DNA of 64,000 bases from a bacterium (GCA_963618265.1 CAVESB010000004.1:813-64812), one strand, 5' to 3'; positions 18,154 to 26,836 are shown, counted from the first letter of the stretch. Translations and numbers: made by a program. Notes: generated by a model from the letters alone, not told the origin.

Positions 18154-19335
18154 ATGTCTGCGAAAAACAACGTCACAAAAATCAGTAAATTTATCCAGTC
18201 CAATCTTGAGATTGACGGTATCGTGATCACCGACCCCGCGAACCTGGCCTACGCGACCGGGTTGAACTACGAAGGTCTTTACAGCATCACGAACCTGATC
18301 GTTATCGCTTTCTTCAGCGCAAGCAAGCGTTTCCTTGCCTGCCCGAAGATCATGGCCTCTGCCTATCAGAATGCCGGCTGGGATGACAGCATCATCACCT
18401 ATGATAACTGCTCCGACCCTGAATCGGCTGCGGCGGGCATTTCCTCCGCTTTCATCACCGAGCTTTTCGGCGGCAACAGAGCCACGATCGGCTTTCTCGG
18501 CGACCGTATGCACCAGTCTCTGTTTGAAAAACTGACTGCCCGCATCAAGAGCTGCGATTTTATTGACATCAGCGAATCTTTCGCCCGTCTGCGCCAGATC
18601 AAGTCTGCTTCCGAACGCCGCATTATCGAAAAGGCTGCCGCCCTTACCGATCACGGCATCGCCGGTGCTGTTCATCACGTCTCCCGCAACGGTGCGAAGA
18701 GCGAGAAGTTCCTGACGGAGGATATCCGCGTACATTGTCTGGAACGCGGGTTGCCCGTGAACGGCTACCGCGCTGTGGCGCAGGCTGTTTCGGAAGATCA
18801 TGCGACCATTCTTTGGCCGAATGCCCCGTACTATGCAGTCGGCCGCGACGGGAATTTCTTTGAAGGCAAGTTCATCCGTCTTGAAATGACCGGCATCCTC
18901 GACGGTTACTGGTCCAATGATTCCCGCATGATGGTCAAAGGCGATATGAACCCCAGCCAGAAGACCTTCGCCGAAAAGATGACCGCGCTGCGCAAGTATG
19001 CCTGCTCTATCATCAAACCGGGCGCCGTCTGCAAGGATATCTTCTATGCCATCAACAAAAAGGCTGTCGAGATGGGCATCGTTATGGCTCCTGAATTCGG
19101 TTACGGCGCCGGCATCGGTGTCTCCCCGGTTGAGCCTCCGTACATTTCCGCCGCAGATGAAACCGTGATTGAGAAGAACATGATGATCGTTCTCTCTCTG
19201 GGCGCTCGTTATACCGCGGGCGGCGGTGAGCTTTACATCACCAGGGATACGCTGCGGATCACGGACAACGGCTGTGAAATTCTCGGCTGGTATGAGAATT
19301 GGGATTATCCGTACACCGCGGCTTACACCTTCTAA
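18154..19335 (+). CDS. M24-fold creatinase/prolidase-like protein, paralog 2 (metal-ligand motifs not recognisable)
   Basis: 393 aa from ATG 18154. Same domain layout, but the HxGH..HE.P region reads GYGAGIGVSPVEPP and the EPG position reads LSLGA. Confidence 0.7.
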   Translation: MSAKNNVTKISKFIQSNLEIDGIVITDPANLAYATGLNYEGLYSITNLIVIAFFSASKRFLACPKIMASAYQNAGWDDSIITYDNCSDPESAAAGISSAFITELFGGNRATIGFLGDRMHQSLFEKLTARIKSCDFIDISESFARLRQIKSASERRIIEKAAALTDHGIAGAVHHVSRNGAKSEKFLTEDIRVHCLERGLPVNGYRAVAQAVSEDHATILWPNAPYYAVGRDGNFFEGKFIRLEMTGILDGYWSNDSRMMVKGDMNPSQKTFAEKMTALRKYACSIIKPGAVCKDIFYAINKKAVEMGIVMAPEFGYGAGIGVSPVEPPYISAADETVIEKNMMIVLSLGARYTAGGGELYITRDTLRITDNGCEILGWYENWDYPYTAAYTF

Positions 19336-19386
19336 AGATTTGCTGCAGGGAGTATTTCCCTGTAAAAAAGAAAAGGAGAAAGATTG

Positions 19387-20967
19387 ATGAAGAATTCTAA
19401 ACTGTTCCTCCTCGTGCTTGTGTTGGTTGCTGTATTGTGCGCGAGTGTTGTCGTCTCCGCCGCTGATGACCGGGCTTCTACCCTTGTCATCGCCGCGGAT
19501 TCCGATCCCGCCGGCATTGACCCCGCCTATGATAAGGCTTACCCGGTCGGATGCGAAATCATCATCAACGTTTTTGACACCCTGGTTGCCTGGCAGGCTC
19601 CGGATTATACCGAACTCGAAGGACGTTTGGCTGAGTCCTGGAACATTTCCGAAGATGGCAAGACCTACACCTTCAACATCCGACAGGGCGTAAAATTCCA
19701 TGACGGTACCGACGTGAACGCCGAAGCTGTCATGGCAGCTCTCGAACGCACCAAGACGGAGTCCTCCTATATGCAGAAGAACTTCGGCTACATTGAAAGC
19801 ATGAACGTTCTTGATGAGTACACCCTTGAGATCAACCTGACCGAAGCTATCTCCGTCTTCCTCTCCTGGCTTGCCATGCCTGAGGCTTCCATCGTCAGCC
19901 CGGCCGCTGTCGAGACCCTGGGCGAAGATTTCTCCACGCATCCGGTCGGCTCCGGCCCGTTCATCTTTGAATCTTATGTCCCGGATACCGAAGTTGTCCT
20001 GAAGGCGAACCATGACTACTGGCGCGGCGCTCCGCAGATCGAAACCATCGTCTACCGCATCATCCCGGACGCCTCCACCCGCCGTCTCGAACTGGAAGCA
20101 GGCAATGTTGACCTGAGCCAGCAGAACGGTCAGATTTCTTCCCTGCCTGTTGAGGATATCAAGGCCTTTGAATCCAACCCGGACATCGAAGTCATCTCCG
20201 TCCCGTCCCAGATCGTCCGCGAACTGGCTTTCAACAACAACAGTGAAACCTCCCCGGTTGCCACCAACAAGAAGCTGCGCGAAGCCATGGCCCACGCGGT
20301 TGATTACGACGGCGTTGTTGAATATATCCTCGGCGGAACCGCTTCCCGCGTTTACGGTCCGATCACCTCGAACAGCTGGGCTTTCAACGAAGACATTCTG
20401 GAAGATTCCCCGTACACCTACGATCCGGAACTTGCCAAGCAGCTGCTTTCCGAAGCCGGATACGAACCGGGCGAACTGAACTTCAATATCTACACCTTCC
20501 AAGGTACCCTCTGGGGCAATGTTGCAACCTACCTGCAGGAATGTTTCGCTGAAATCGGCATCAACACCGAAGTTGTCCAGATGGAATTCCCTCCGCTGCG
20601 CGACATCATTGTCTCCGGTGATTTCGATATCTATCTCGGCGGACGTCAGCCCTGGTACAACGATCCCGAAGCGCATATCACGATCGACTATCTCTCCACC
20701 CTGGCCAACACTGCGATGACCATGCGTATGCCCGAGAACGCCGAGCTTGATCAGCTGATCCTCGATGCCCAGAAGGCTTCCTCTCAGGAAGAACGCATTG
20801 AGCTCTACGGTGAGATTCAGGAAGAGATCGTTGACGAGATCCCCGCGCTGTATCTGTTCTCCAACAACGTGATTGTCTTCAAACGCGCTGAAGTCAAGGG
20901 ACTGGTCGTCAACAGCGCTCCTCCGCTCAATGAATACTGGTCCGTCAACAAAGAAGCCGGCAACTGA
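19387..20967 (+). CDS. secreted family-5 ABC substrate-binding protein (peptide/opine/nickel class)
   Basis: 526 aa from ATG 19387, with AGGAGA 8 nt upstream. Signal peptide MKNSKLFLLVLVLVAVLCASVVVSA-ADD, followed by SBP_bac_5 motifs. Confidence 0.85.
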   Translation: MKNSKLFLLVLVLVAVLCASVVVSAADDRASTLVIAADSDPAGIDPAYDKAYPVGCEIIINVFDTLVAWQAPDYTELEGRLAESWNISEDGKTYTFNIRQGVKFHDGTDVNAEAVMAALERTKTESSYMQKNFGYIESMNVLDEYTLEINLTEAISVFLSWLAMPEASIVSPAAVETLGEDFSTHPVGSGPFIFESYVPDTEVVLKANHDYWRGAPQIETIVYRIIPDASTRRLELEAGNVDLSQQNGQISSLPVEDIKAFESNPDIEVISVPSQIVRELAFNNNSETSPVATNKKLREAMAHAVDYDGVVEYILGGTASRVYGPITSNSWAFNEDILEDSPYTYDPELAKQLLSEAGYEPGELNFNIYTFQGTLWGNVATYLQECFAEIGINTEVVQMEFPPLRDIIVSGDFDIYLGGRQPWYNDPEAHITIDYLSTLANTAMTMRMPENAELDQLILDAQKASSQEERIELYGEIQEEIVDEIPALYLFSNNVIVFKRAEVKGLVVNSAPPLNEYWSVNKEAGN

Positions 20968-21000
20968 TTTGTAGTCGTGAAACTCTCTTGAGAGTACCGG

Positions 21001-21037
21001 CCGCAGGGACTGGAACTCCCCGTCCCTGCGGTTTTTT
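21001..21037 (+). terminator. hairpin + T-tract after the SBP gene (attenuating terminator)
   Basis: CCGCAGGGAC-N11-GTCCCTGCGG followed by TTTTTT. Confidence 0.7.
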
Positions 21038-21070
21038 CTAAAGTGATTCAGAATTGAAAAGAGGACAAAT

Positions 21071-22072
21071 ATGATAAAGTTTGCCGGAAGGCGTTTGTTA
21101 TCAAGTTTGCCGGCTTTGATCCTGGTTTTGCTGCTCGTCTTCTCCCTTGTGAGAATGATCCCCGGCGATCCGGCAGTCGCGCTGCTGGGCGCGGGCGCCA
21201 CCGATGAGCAGATTGAGTTCTTACGTGAACAGCTGAACCTCAATCAGCCGTTCCTTCAGCAGCTGGGTACCTATCTGGTTGATATTCTTCACGGCGATCT
21301 CGGCGACTCTATGCGCACGAAGCAGCCGGTCATGCAGGAACTTCTCAACCGTCTGCCCGCAACCCTTGAATTGTCAATTTTCGCGGCGATCATCGCTGTT
21401 CTCATCGGCGTACCGCTTGGTATTCTCTCAGCGAAGAAACCGAACAGCTTCATTGATCATTTCACCCGCGTTTTTTCACTGATCGGCGTTTCCGCCCCGG
21501 CTTTTTGGCTGGCGTTGATTCTTCAGCTGATTTTCTCCCTGTCCTTGGGCTGGTTCCCTGTCTCCGGGCGTCTTGACGCGACCATCCGCAGCGCGGATGC
21601 GGGTAATTTCGTAATATTCGGCAACCTCTTCAACGGTCATCTTGATTATGCGTGGTCGGGTATTAAGCACATTATTCTGCCCGCTTTTGTACTTGCGGCT
21701 TTTTACGGAGCAGTGATCGCCCGCTTCCTGCGCACCAGCATGATCGAGGTGATCCATTCCGACTATATCCGCACTGCCAAGGGCAAGGGCGTCAAAAAAG
21801 GCATTATCCTGCGCTCGCATGAGCTGCGGAACGCATTGCTTCCTGTCGTCACCATTATGGGGTTGAAATTCGCGGAAATGCTCAGCGGTTCCATTCTGAC
21901 CGAAACCGTTTTCTCCTGGCCGGGCATCGGCCGCTACATGCGTGACGCGATTTCCAACCGTGACTACCCTGTGGTTCAGGGTGCTGTCTTGATGTTCGCG
22001 CTGATCTATATGATTTCTTCCTTCATCGTTGATATCATCTACGGTCTGCTGGATCCCCGCATCCGCATGTAA
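21071..22072 (+). CDS. Opp/Dpp-type ABC permease (DppB/OppB-like)
   Basis: 333 aa, multi-TM. Signature SDYIRTAKGKGVKKGIILRSHELRNALLPVVT. Confidence 0.9.
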   Translation: MIKFAGRRLLSSLPALILVLLLVFSLVRMIPGDPAVALLGAGATDEQIEFLREQLNLNQPFLQQLGTYLVDILHGDLGDSMRTKQPVMQELLNRLPATLELSIFAAIIAVLIGVPLGILSAKKPNSFIDHFTRVFSLIGVSAPAFWLALILQLIFSLSLGWFPVSGRLDATIRSADAGNFVIFGNLFNGHLDYAWSGIKHIILPAFVLAAFYGAVIARFLRTSMIEVIHSDYIRTAKGKGVKKGIILRSHELRNALLPVVTIMGLKFAEMLSGSILTETVFSWPGIGRYMRDAISNRDYPVVQGAVLMFALIYMISSFIVDIIYGLLDPRIRM

Positions 22073-22089
22073 ACGGAAAGGAAAACCCA

Positions 22090-22980
22090 ATGCCATATAT
22101 TGAGCCCAAAGAACAAAACATCAAAAGCGGCAAACATGAAACTTGGGATAACCTCGTTTACTTCCTCAAGAAGAATCCGCTGGCTGTCCTCGGCATCGTT
22201 CTGCTGTTTATCATCATTCTCGCCTGTCTTTGCGCACCTTTGCTGACGGACTACTCCCCGACCAAGACATCCCTGCGCGAACAGCTCTCCGCGCCGAGTT
22301 CGAAACACCTCTTCGGCACGGATCAACTCGGACGCGATATCTTCGCGCGTATCCTTTACGGCGGACGGAACACGATTTTCATCGGCTTTGTTGTGATCGT
22401 GATCGCCTTCATTGTGGGTGTCGCGATCGGTATTTTCTCCGGCTTTATGGGCGGATGGATCGATAATGTCATCATGCGCGTGATCGATGCTGTGCTGTCC
22501 TTCCCGACACTGGTGCTTGCAATCGCGCTTTCCGCCGTGCTCGGTCCGAACCTGAAGAATGCGATGATCGCCGTGATCATCACCATGATCCCGCAGTTCG
22601 CGCGCATTTCCCGCGGCCTCGCGCTGAACGTTCGTGAGCTGCTCTTCATTGAATCCGCCGAAGCCCTCGGCGCCTCCACCAGGGATATCCTTTGGACGCA
22701 TGTTCTTCCCAATTGTCTGAGTTCGCTTTTCGTCCAGGCTTCCCTGAACTTTGGCTCCGCCATTCTGCAGACCGCCAGCCTCGGCTTCCTCGGTTTGGGC
22801 GCTCAGCCGCCTACGCCGGAATGGGGTGTGGATGTCTCCGCCGCCTCCGCGTACATCCGCGAATCCCCCTGGGTGGCGCTTTATCCGGGCTTCGCCATTC
22901 TGCTTACCGTATTGTCTTTCAATCTGGTCGGTGACGCGTTATCCGACTGGAACAACCCCCGCGCGAGAAAGAATAACTGA
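22090..22980 (+). CDS. Opp/Dpp-type ABC permease (DppC/OppC-like)
   Basis: 296 aa. LFGTDQLGRDIFARI and ESAEALGASTRDILWTHVLPN motifs. Confidence 0.9.
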   Translation: MPYIEPKEQNIKSGKHETWDNLVYFLKKNPLAVLGIVLLFIIILACLCAPLLTDYSPTKTSLREQLSAPSSKHLFGTDQLGRDIFARILYGGRNTIFIGFVVIVIAFIVGVAIGIFSGFMGGWIDNVIMRVIDAVLSFPTLVLAIALSAVLGPNLKNAMIAVIITMIPQFARISRGLALNVRELLFIESAEALGASTRDILWTHVLPNCLSSLFVQASLNFGSAILQTASLGFLGLGAQPPTPEWGVDVSAASAYIRESPWVALYPGFAILLTVLSFNLVGDALSDWNNPRARKNN

Positions 22981-22987
22981 TTTGGCC

Positions 22988-24388
22988 ATGAAAAATATAC
23001 GTGTCGCATTGGAAAAATGCCGTATGATGCCGCTCGGTCAGACAACCGACGGTTGGGATGTGCTGACTGTTCAAAACCTGATTTACGAACCGCTTGTCCG
23101 CGCCCGCTGCGGGCAGATGAATCCCGCGCTTGCGAAGGGTTGGATGGTATCCGACGACGGCTGCCGCTGGGTTTTCTACCTGCGTGACGATGCGAAGTTC
23201 TCCGACGGCAGCGATTGCAGCATGGAAGACGTGCGCCGTTCTTTCGAGGAAATGCGCAATGCGAAGGATTCCTTCGGTATGCCCGGCCCGTTCTCCCGCT
23301 ATCTCGCCGGTTTGGAATTCAGGGTTCTCAATGCGAAGACCCTTGAAATCACTTCTGAGAAGCCGAACGGCGATGTCGCTGACTTCCTCTCCGAAATTTT
23401 CATCCGCAAGACGGTTGCCGGGAAAGAACACTCGATCGGTACCGGATCCTATGAACTCGAGGAATTCATCCCGAATCAGAAGATCGCTCTGCGCAAAGTT
23501 GCGGGGAAGGATATTCCCGAAGCCTATGACCGCATTGATGTTCTCATCGTCCCCGATGCGAATCAGCGTTGGAACATGCTGAAGAAGGCTGAAGTTGATA
23601 TCGCGATGGATCTTGATCAGCTTGAGACGGTTCCGTTTGACGATCCCGCTGTTACCTTCCGCAAGGCGGTCAACACACTTTCCGTCATGGGTTTTTTGAA
23701 CGGATATGAAAAACCTTTCAACGATCCGAAGGCGCGGCTGGCGTTGAACTACGCCGTCAACGCAGAGCGGATAATTGAAAAGGTCCGGAAGGGTCTTGCT
23801 GTTCCTTCCGCTACCATCGTCAGCCCGTACCACTGCGGTTTCTATTCCTCCATCAAGCCGATTCCGTACGATCCCGAAAAAGCGAAGTCCCTTTTCGCCG
23901 AATGTGATATGCCGGAAACGATTGTTCTGCGCACCCCGACTTACATGCCGGAACGCGCACCCCTCGTCGCGGAATGTATCGCCGAAGACCTGCGCGCTAT
24001 CGGCATCAAGGTCGAAGTCGAAGTCAGGACCGACCGTCCCGAATACGCCCGCGAAGTCGGACGCAAAGAGACCGGGCACATCGCCATCTTCGATTCCTCC
24101 CCGCACAGTTCATACCGTGTCCTTTCCGACAAGATCAGCGGACGCGGCGGCGGCATCTGGTGGCAGGGTATCGGCATTGACGAAGTTGATGACATGATCG
24201 ACGAAGCGCACGCGACTTCCGATGTCACCATGCGCCAGTTTGCGTATTCAAAGCCGCTGCATTACCTGAACGAACATCCGTACTGGATTTACCTCTATCA
24301 TCCGATGCTGGTCTGCGGCTGTGCGGATCCTGCGATTGATGTTGAGATCACGCATGAAGGACTGCTGCACTTCCCGGGTACTTGGTAA
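22988..24388 (+). CDS. family-5 solute-binding-protein homolog without signal peptide (predicted cytoplasmic), in-operon copy
   Basis: 466 aa from ATG 22988. The track extension back to 22751 lies inside the permease gene in another frame. N-terminus MKNIRVALEKCRMMPLGQ has no leader. Shares DGCRW.FY, GTGSY, VSPYHCG, PIPYDP, W.YLYHP and FPG.W with 11899-13299. Confidence 0.7.
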   Translation: MKNIRVALEKCRMMPLGQTTDGWDVLTVQNLIYEPLVRARCGQMNPALAKGWMVSDDGCRWVFYLRDDAKFSDGSDCSMEDVRRSFEEMRNAKDSFGMPGPFSRYLAGLEFRVLNAKTLEITSEKPNGDVADFLSEIFIRKTVAGKEHSIGTGSYELEEFIPNQKIALRKVAGKDIPEAYDRIDVLIVPDANQRWNMLKKAEVDIAMDLDQLETVPFDDPAVTFRKAVNTLSVMGFLNGYEKPFNDPKARLALNYAVNAERIIEKVRKGLAVPSATIVSPYHCGFYSSIKPIPYDPEKAKSLFAECDMPETIVLRTPTYMPERAPLVAECIAEDLRAIGIKVEVEVRTDRPEYAREVGRKETGHIAIFDSSPHSSYRVLSDKISGRGGGIWWQGIGIDEVDDMIDEAHATSDVTMRQFAYSKPLHYLNEHPYWIYLYHPMLVCGCADPAIDVEITHEGLLHFPGTW

Positions 24389-24422
24389 ACCGAACTACAA
24401 CCTGAAATAAGGAGTAAACACA

Positions 24423-24803
24423 ATGAAATTACAGTCTCAGATCACTTTCTTCTATTACAAGAACCTTGAGGAAGCCGCCCGCTTCTATGAAGATATTTTC
24501 CACCTTGAAATCATCCAAGACCAGTCTATGGCGAAGGTCTACAAACTTGGCAAGTCCTATTTCGGCATCGTTGACGGCGTTAAAGGCAGCCTGAAGGCGC
24601 AGGATTACAACGCCGCCATGCTCACCATTCTGGTTGATTCTGTTGAGGAGTGGTGCGCTTATCTTGATGAAAAGGGCGTGAAATGCCGCAAACCCTGCAG
24701 CTGCGGCAAGTTCGCGAAGTCCGCTTTTTATGAAGATCCCGGCGGTTATGTCATCGAGATCCAGCATTTCATGAATGAAGAAGTTCATAAGGAATTTGAA
24801 TAG
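24423..24803 (+). CDS. VOC (glyoxalase/bleomycin-resistance fold) family protein
   Basis: 126 aa. ITFFYYKNLEEAARFYEDIFHLE..., DPGGYVIEIQ. Roughly 50% identical by eye to 36815-37195. Both are 126 aa and end in KEFE. Confidence 0.7.
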   Translation: MKLQSQITFFYYKNLEEAARFYEDIFHLEIIQDQSMAKVYKLGKSYFGIVDGVKGSLKAQDYNAAMLTILVDSVEEWCAYLDEKGVKCRKPCSCGKFAKSAFYEDPGGYVIEIQHFMNEEVHKEFE

Positions 24804-26836
24804 TGAACAGCGCTTTTGAAAATATCAAGAAAGAATTTGAAGCCGATACCGCGTCGGGTTATATTCCGCTTTTGGTGACTTACACCAGGGAAGATGCTGA
24901 GATCAACGGTCTGCGTAAGGCCAAAAAGACCGACACCGTCGACCGTGAAGCGGAATATTTCAGCGCCGTTGAGGCGCTCGGGCGCAGCAAGCGCGCCATG
25001 TTCCTCGGTGAAAAGGGGATGGGGAAGAGCACCTTCCTGAAGATGCTCGCCCTCTGCATGGCTGGCGAACAGTGCGGCGATATGAAATATACCCTTGCCA
25101 AACTGACCGAACCCGTCAGCCGCACGAATTCCTGCAAAGCTCCCGAAGCGCAGGAATGGACAGCCGGTGTCTTGGACACGATCTGGGTTAATCTCGCCGA
25201 ATATCCCGAAGGCAACCTTCCCGCAGAAATTCGCGACGCACAGCTGATTTTGCTGGACGGCGTTGAATACGCTACCGCCAACGGCTGGCAGTCCATCAAA
25301 AACGAGCTTGATGAAGTCATCGCCGCGAACCCGGATGTGTATATCGCCGCCGCGTGCGAAGCCAATGTGATCAACCGTTTGCGCCCGCGTCTGCAGGGCT
25401 TTACGAATTACACCATCAATTCTCTGATCAATCCGCAAAAGAAGCAGATCGCCGAGAACTGCGGACAGACCGGTATTGCGATCCCTGAAGCATTGCAGAG
25501 CGTCCTCTGCAAGACCCAGGATTATATCCTGTGGATGCAGAACGGCAGAACGGCGGAAACCCCGTCCGACTACTTCAAGTCCATCTGCCGCGTTGATGCC
25601 GCGTATGCCGAAAAGGCAGCTTTTGATCTGCTGGTCGGCGATGTGAACATGGCTCATATTGCCTCCATGATTCGGGCGTTCAGTCACTGTGACAGCCTGA
25701 TCAAGTATCTCGCCTGCCGCTACTGCCTGAACAACAATTTCAGCGAAAACTTCGGCGTGCTCATTGACAACCTGCATTATGAAAGCTGGTCGGCTCTCAA
25801 TATGCTGAAGCTCATCATCAACGAGAACGATCCGGAGCCGTACATTGAGCATATTATTTCTCTCTGCCCGGATAGCGAACCGAATGAGGAAAACGCGCTG
25901 AAGGCACTCTTCTCCGCTGAACTTGCCTTCGGAATCCGTGAGCGCGTTGAGAACAACAGCGCGTATATTGCCGGGCTGAAAAAATGGATGAAAGCCATTG
26001 TCTGCAATGCATGGCTCTCTGTCTATGACCGCATTGAGGCCGGCAAGCGCCTTTCCTGGCTCGGTGATGACCGCGAACTTGACGCGCTGGTTGAGATCCC
26101 GGCGGGTGAGTTCACGATGGGCGATTACCTGATCGCGAATAACCAACCTGTTGAGAAGATCCACGTCGATGCCTTCAAGCTCAGCGAGTATCCCGTCACG
26201 AACGCCCGCTATGCCGAATTCATCGCCGAGACCGCTGCACCCTGGCTTTCCAACGAGGGCGATAACATTGAACGCCGCAGCTATCCCGCCATCAACCTGA
26301 CCTGGTACGAAGCCGTCAAATTCTGCGATTGGCTGACCGAAAAATGGCGTAAAGCCGGGCGTATTGCCGAAAATGAATTTGTCCGCCTGCCGACAGAAGC
26401 CGAATGGGAATACGCCGCACGCGGCAAACGCATCTCCGAACCGGGAAAGATGATCTTCCCCTGGGGCAATGAATGGGTTGATGATGCCGCCAACACCGCC
26501 GAACTCGGGCTCAATGACACCTGCCCGGTCGGTCTGTTCCCCGGCAATGTCAGCGACTTCGGTATACGCGACATGATCGGCATGGTTTGGGAGTGGAACA
26601 CTACGAACTGGGGCAATGACCCGAAGCATCCGGCTTTCCCGTATCCGTACAACGCGGAAGACGGTCGTGAAAACAGCCGCCATGCCGCCGACGATGTTCG
26701 CCGTGTAATGCGCGGCGGTTCATTCGGCAGTACCGCGGATCACGCGACGGCTTCCTATCGCGGTCACTTGGAGCCGATCGGCTTCTGGCGCGGCGACGGT
26801 TTCCGCGTTGCCGTTTCCGAGAAATCTCATGACTGA
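24803..26836 (+). CDS. STAND (NACHT-like) P-loop NTPase fused to a non-catalytic FGE-sulfatase (SUMF1-fold) domain
   Basis: 677 aa. Walker A GEKGMGKST and Walker B-like LILLDGVEY. The C-terminal roughly 235 aa carry VTNARYAEF, NLTWYEAVKFCDWL, LPTEAEWEYAARG, WEW, RGGSF and GFRV. No Cys pair follows RGGS. GTG start overlaps the VOC stop (TAGTG). The stop overlaps the next start (ATGA). Confidence 0.75.
   Translation: MNSAFENIKKEFEADTASGYIPLLVTYTREDAEINGLRKAKKTDTVDREAEYFSAVEALGRSKRAMFLGEKGMGKSTFLKMLALCMAGEQCGDMKYTLAKLTEPVSRTNSCKAPEAQEWTAGVLDTIWVNLAEYPEGNLPAEIRDAQLILLDGVEYATANGWQSIKNELDEVIAANPDVYIAAACEANVINRLRPRLQGFTNYTINSLINPQKKQIAENCGQTGIAIPEALQSVLCKTQDYILWMQNGRTAETPSDYFKSICRVDAAYAEKAAFDLLVGDVNMAHIASMIRAFSHCDSLIKYLACRYCLNNNFSENFGVLIDNLHYESWSALNMLKLIINENDPEPYIEHIISLCPDSEPNEENALKALFSAELAFGIRERVENNSAYIAGLKKWMKAIVCNAWLSVYDRIEAGKRLSWLGDDRELDALVEIPAGEFTMGDYLIANNQPVEKIHVDAFKLSEYPVTNARYAEFIAETAAPWLSNEGDNIERRSYPAINLTWYEAVKFCDWLTEKWRKAGRIAENEFVRLPTEAEWEYAARGKRISEPGKMIFPWGNEWVDDAANTAELGLNDTCPVGLFPGNVSDFGIRDMIGMVWEWNTTNWGNDPKHPAFPYPYNAEDGRENSRHAADDVRRVMRGGSFGSTADHATASYRGHLEPIGFWRGDGFRVAVSEKSHD

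Noticed and set aside
18139-21243. 1034-aa ORF on the minus strand, the longest ORF in the window.
   Set aside because: It runs antisense to three independently well-supported plus-strand genes (M24 paralog 2, the secreted SBP5 with its signal peptide, and the start of the permease). Its translation is G/D/R/V/A-rich low-information sequence with no motif, RBS or plausible start context. This is the typical stop-free shadow frame of GC-rich codon usage.
22751-22987. Upstream in-frame extension of the leaderless SBP5 paralog. It might have supplied a signal peptide.
   Set aside because: The extension lies entirely inside the well-supported permease gene (22090-22980) in another frame. Its sequence (MAPPFCRPPASASSVW...PPPPRTSANPPGW) is Pro/Arg-rich and not signal-peptide-like.
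24785-26683. 632-aa minus-strand ORF opposite the NTPase-FGE gene.
   Set aside because: The plus-strand frame carries unmistakable Walker A and FGE-fold motifs and is translationally coupled to its neighbours. The antisense translation has no motifs. The same reasoning rejects the other long shadow ORFs: 3537-4658(+), 15939-17006(-), 16871-18037(-), 22919-24106(-), 26967-28061(-), 31300-32568(-), 34998-36491(-), 40891-41922(-), 49865-51286(-), 55519-56676(+) and 61724-62629(-).
24803-26836. Either a catalytic formylglycine-generating enzyme (sulfatase maturase) or a stand-alone antiphage Avs/bNACHT defence gene.
   Set aside because: Against the maturase idea: the Cys pair after RGGS is absent and no sulfatase gene is nearby. 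Against the defence idea: no effector domain is visible, there are no neighbouring defence or mobile genes, and both ends overlap metabolic genes. The defence idea is not fully excluded; see the corresponding finding.
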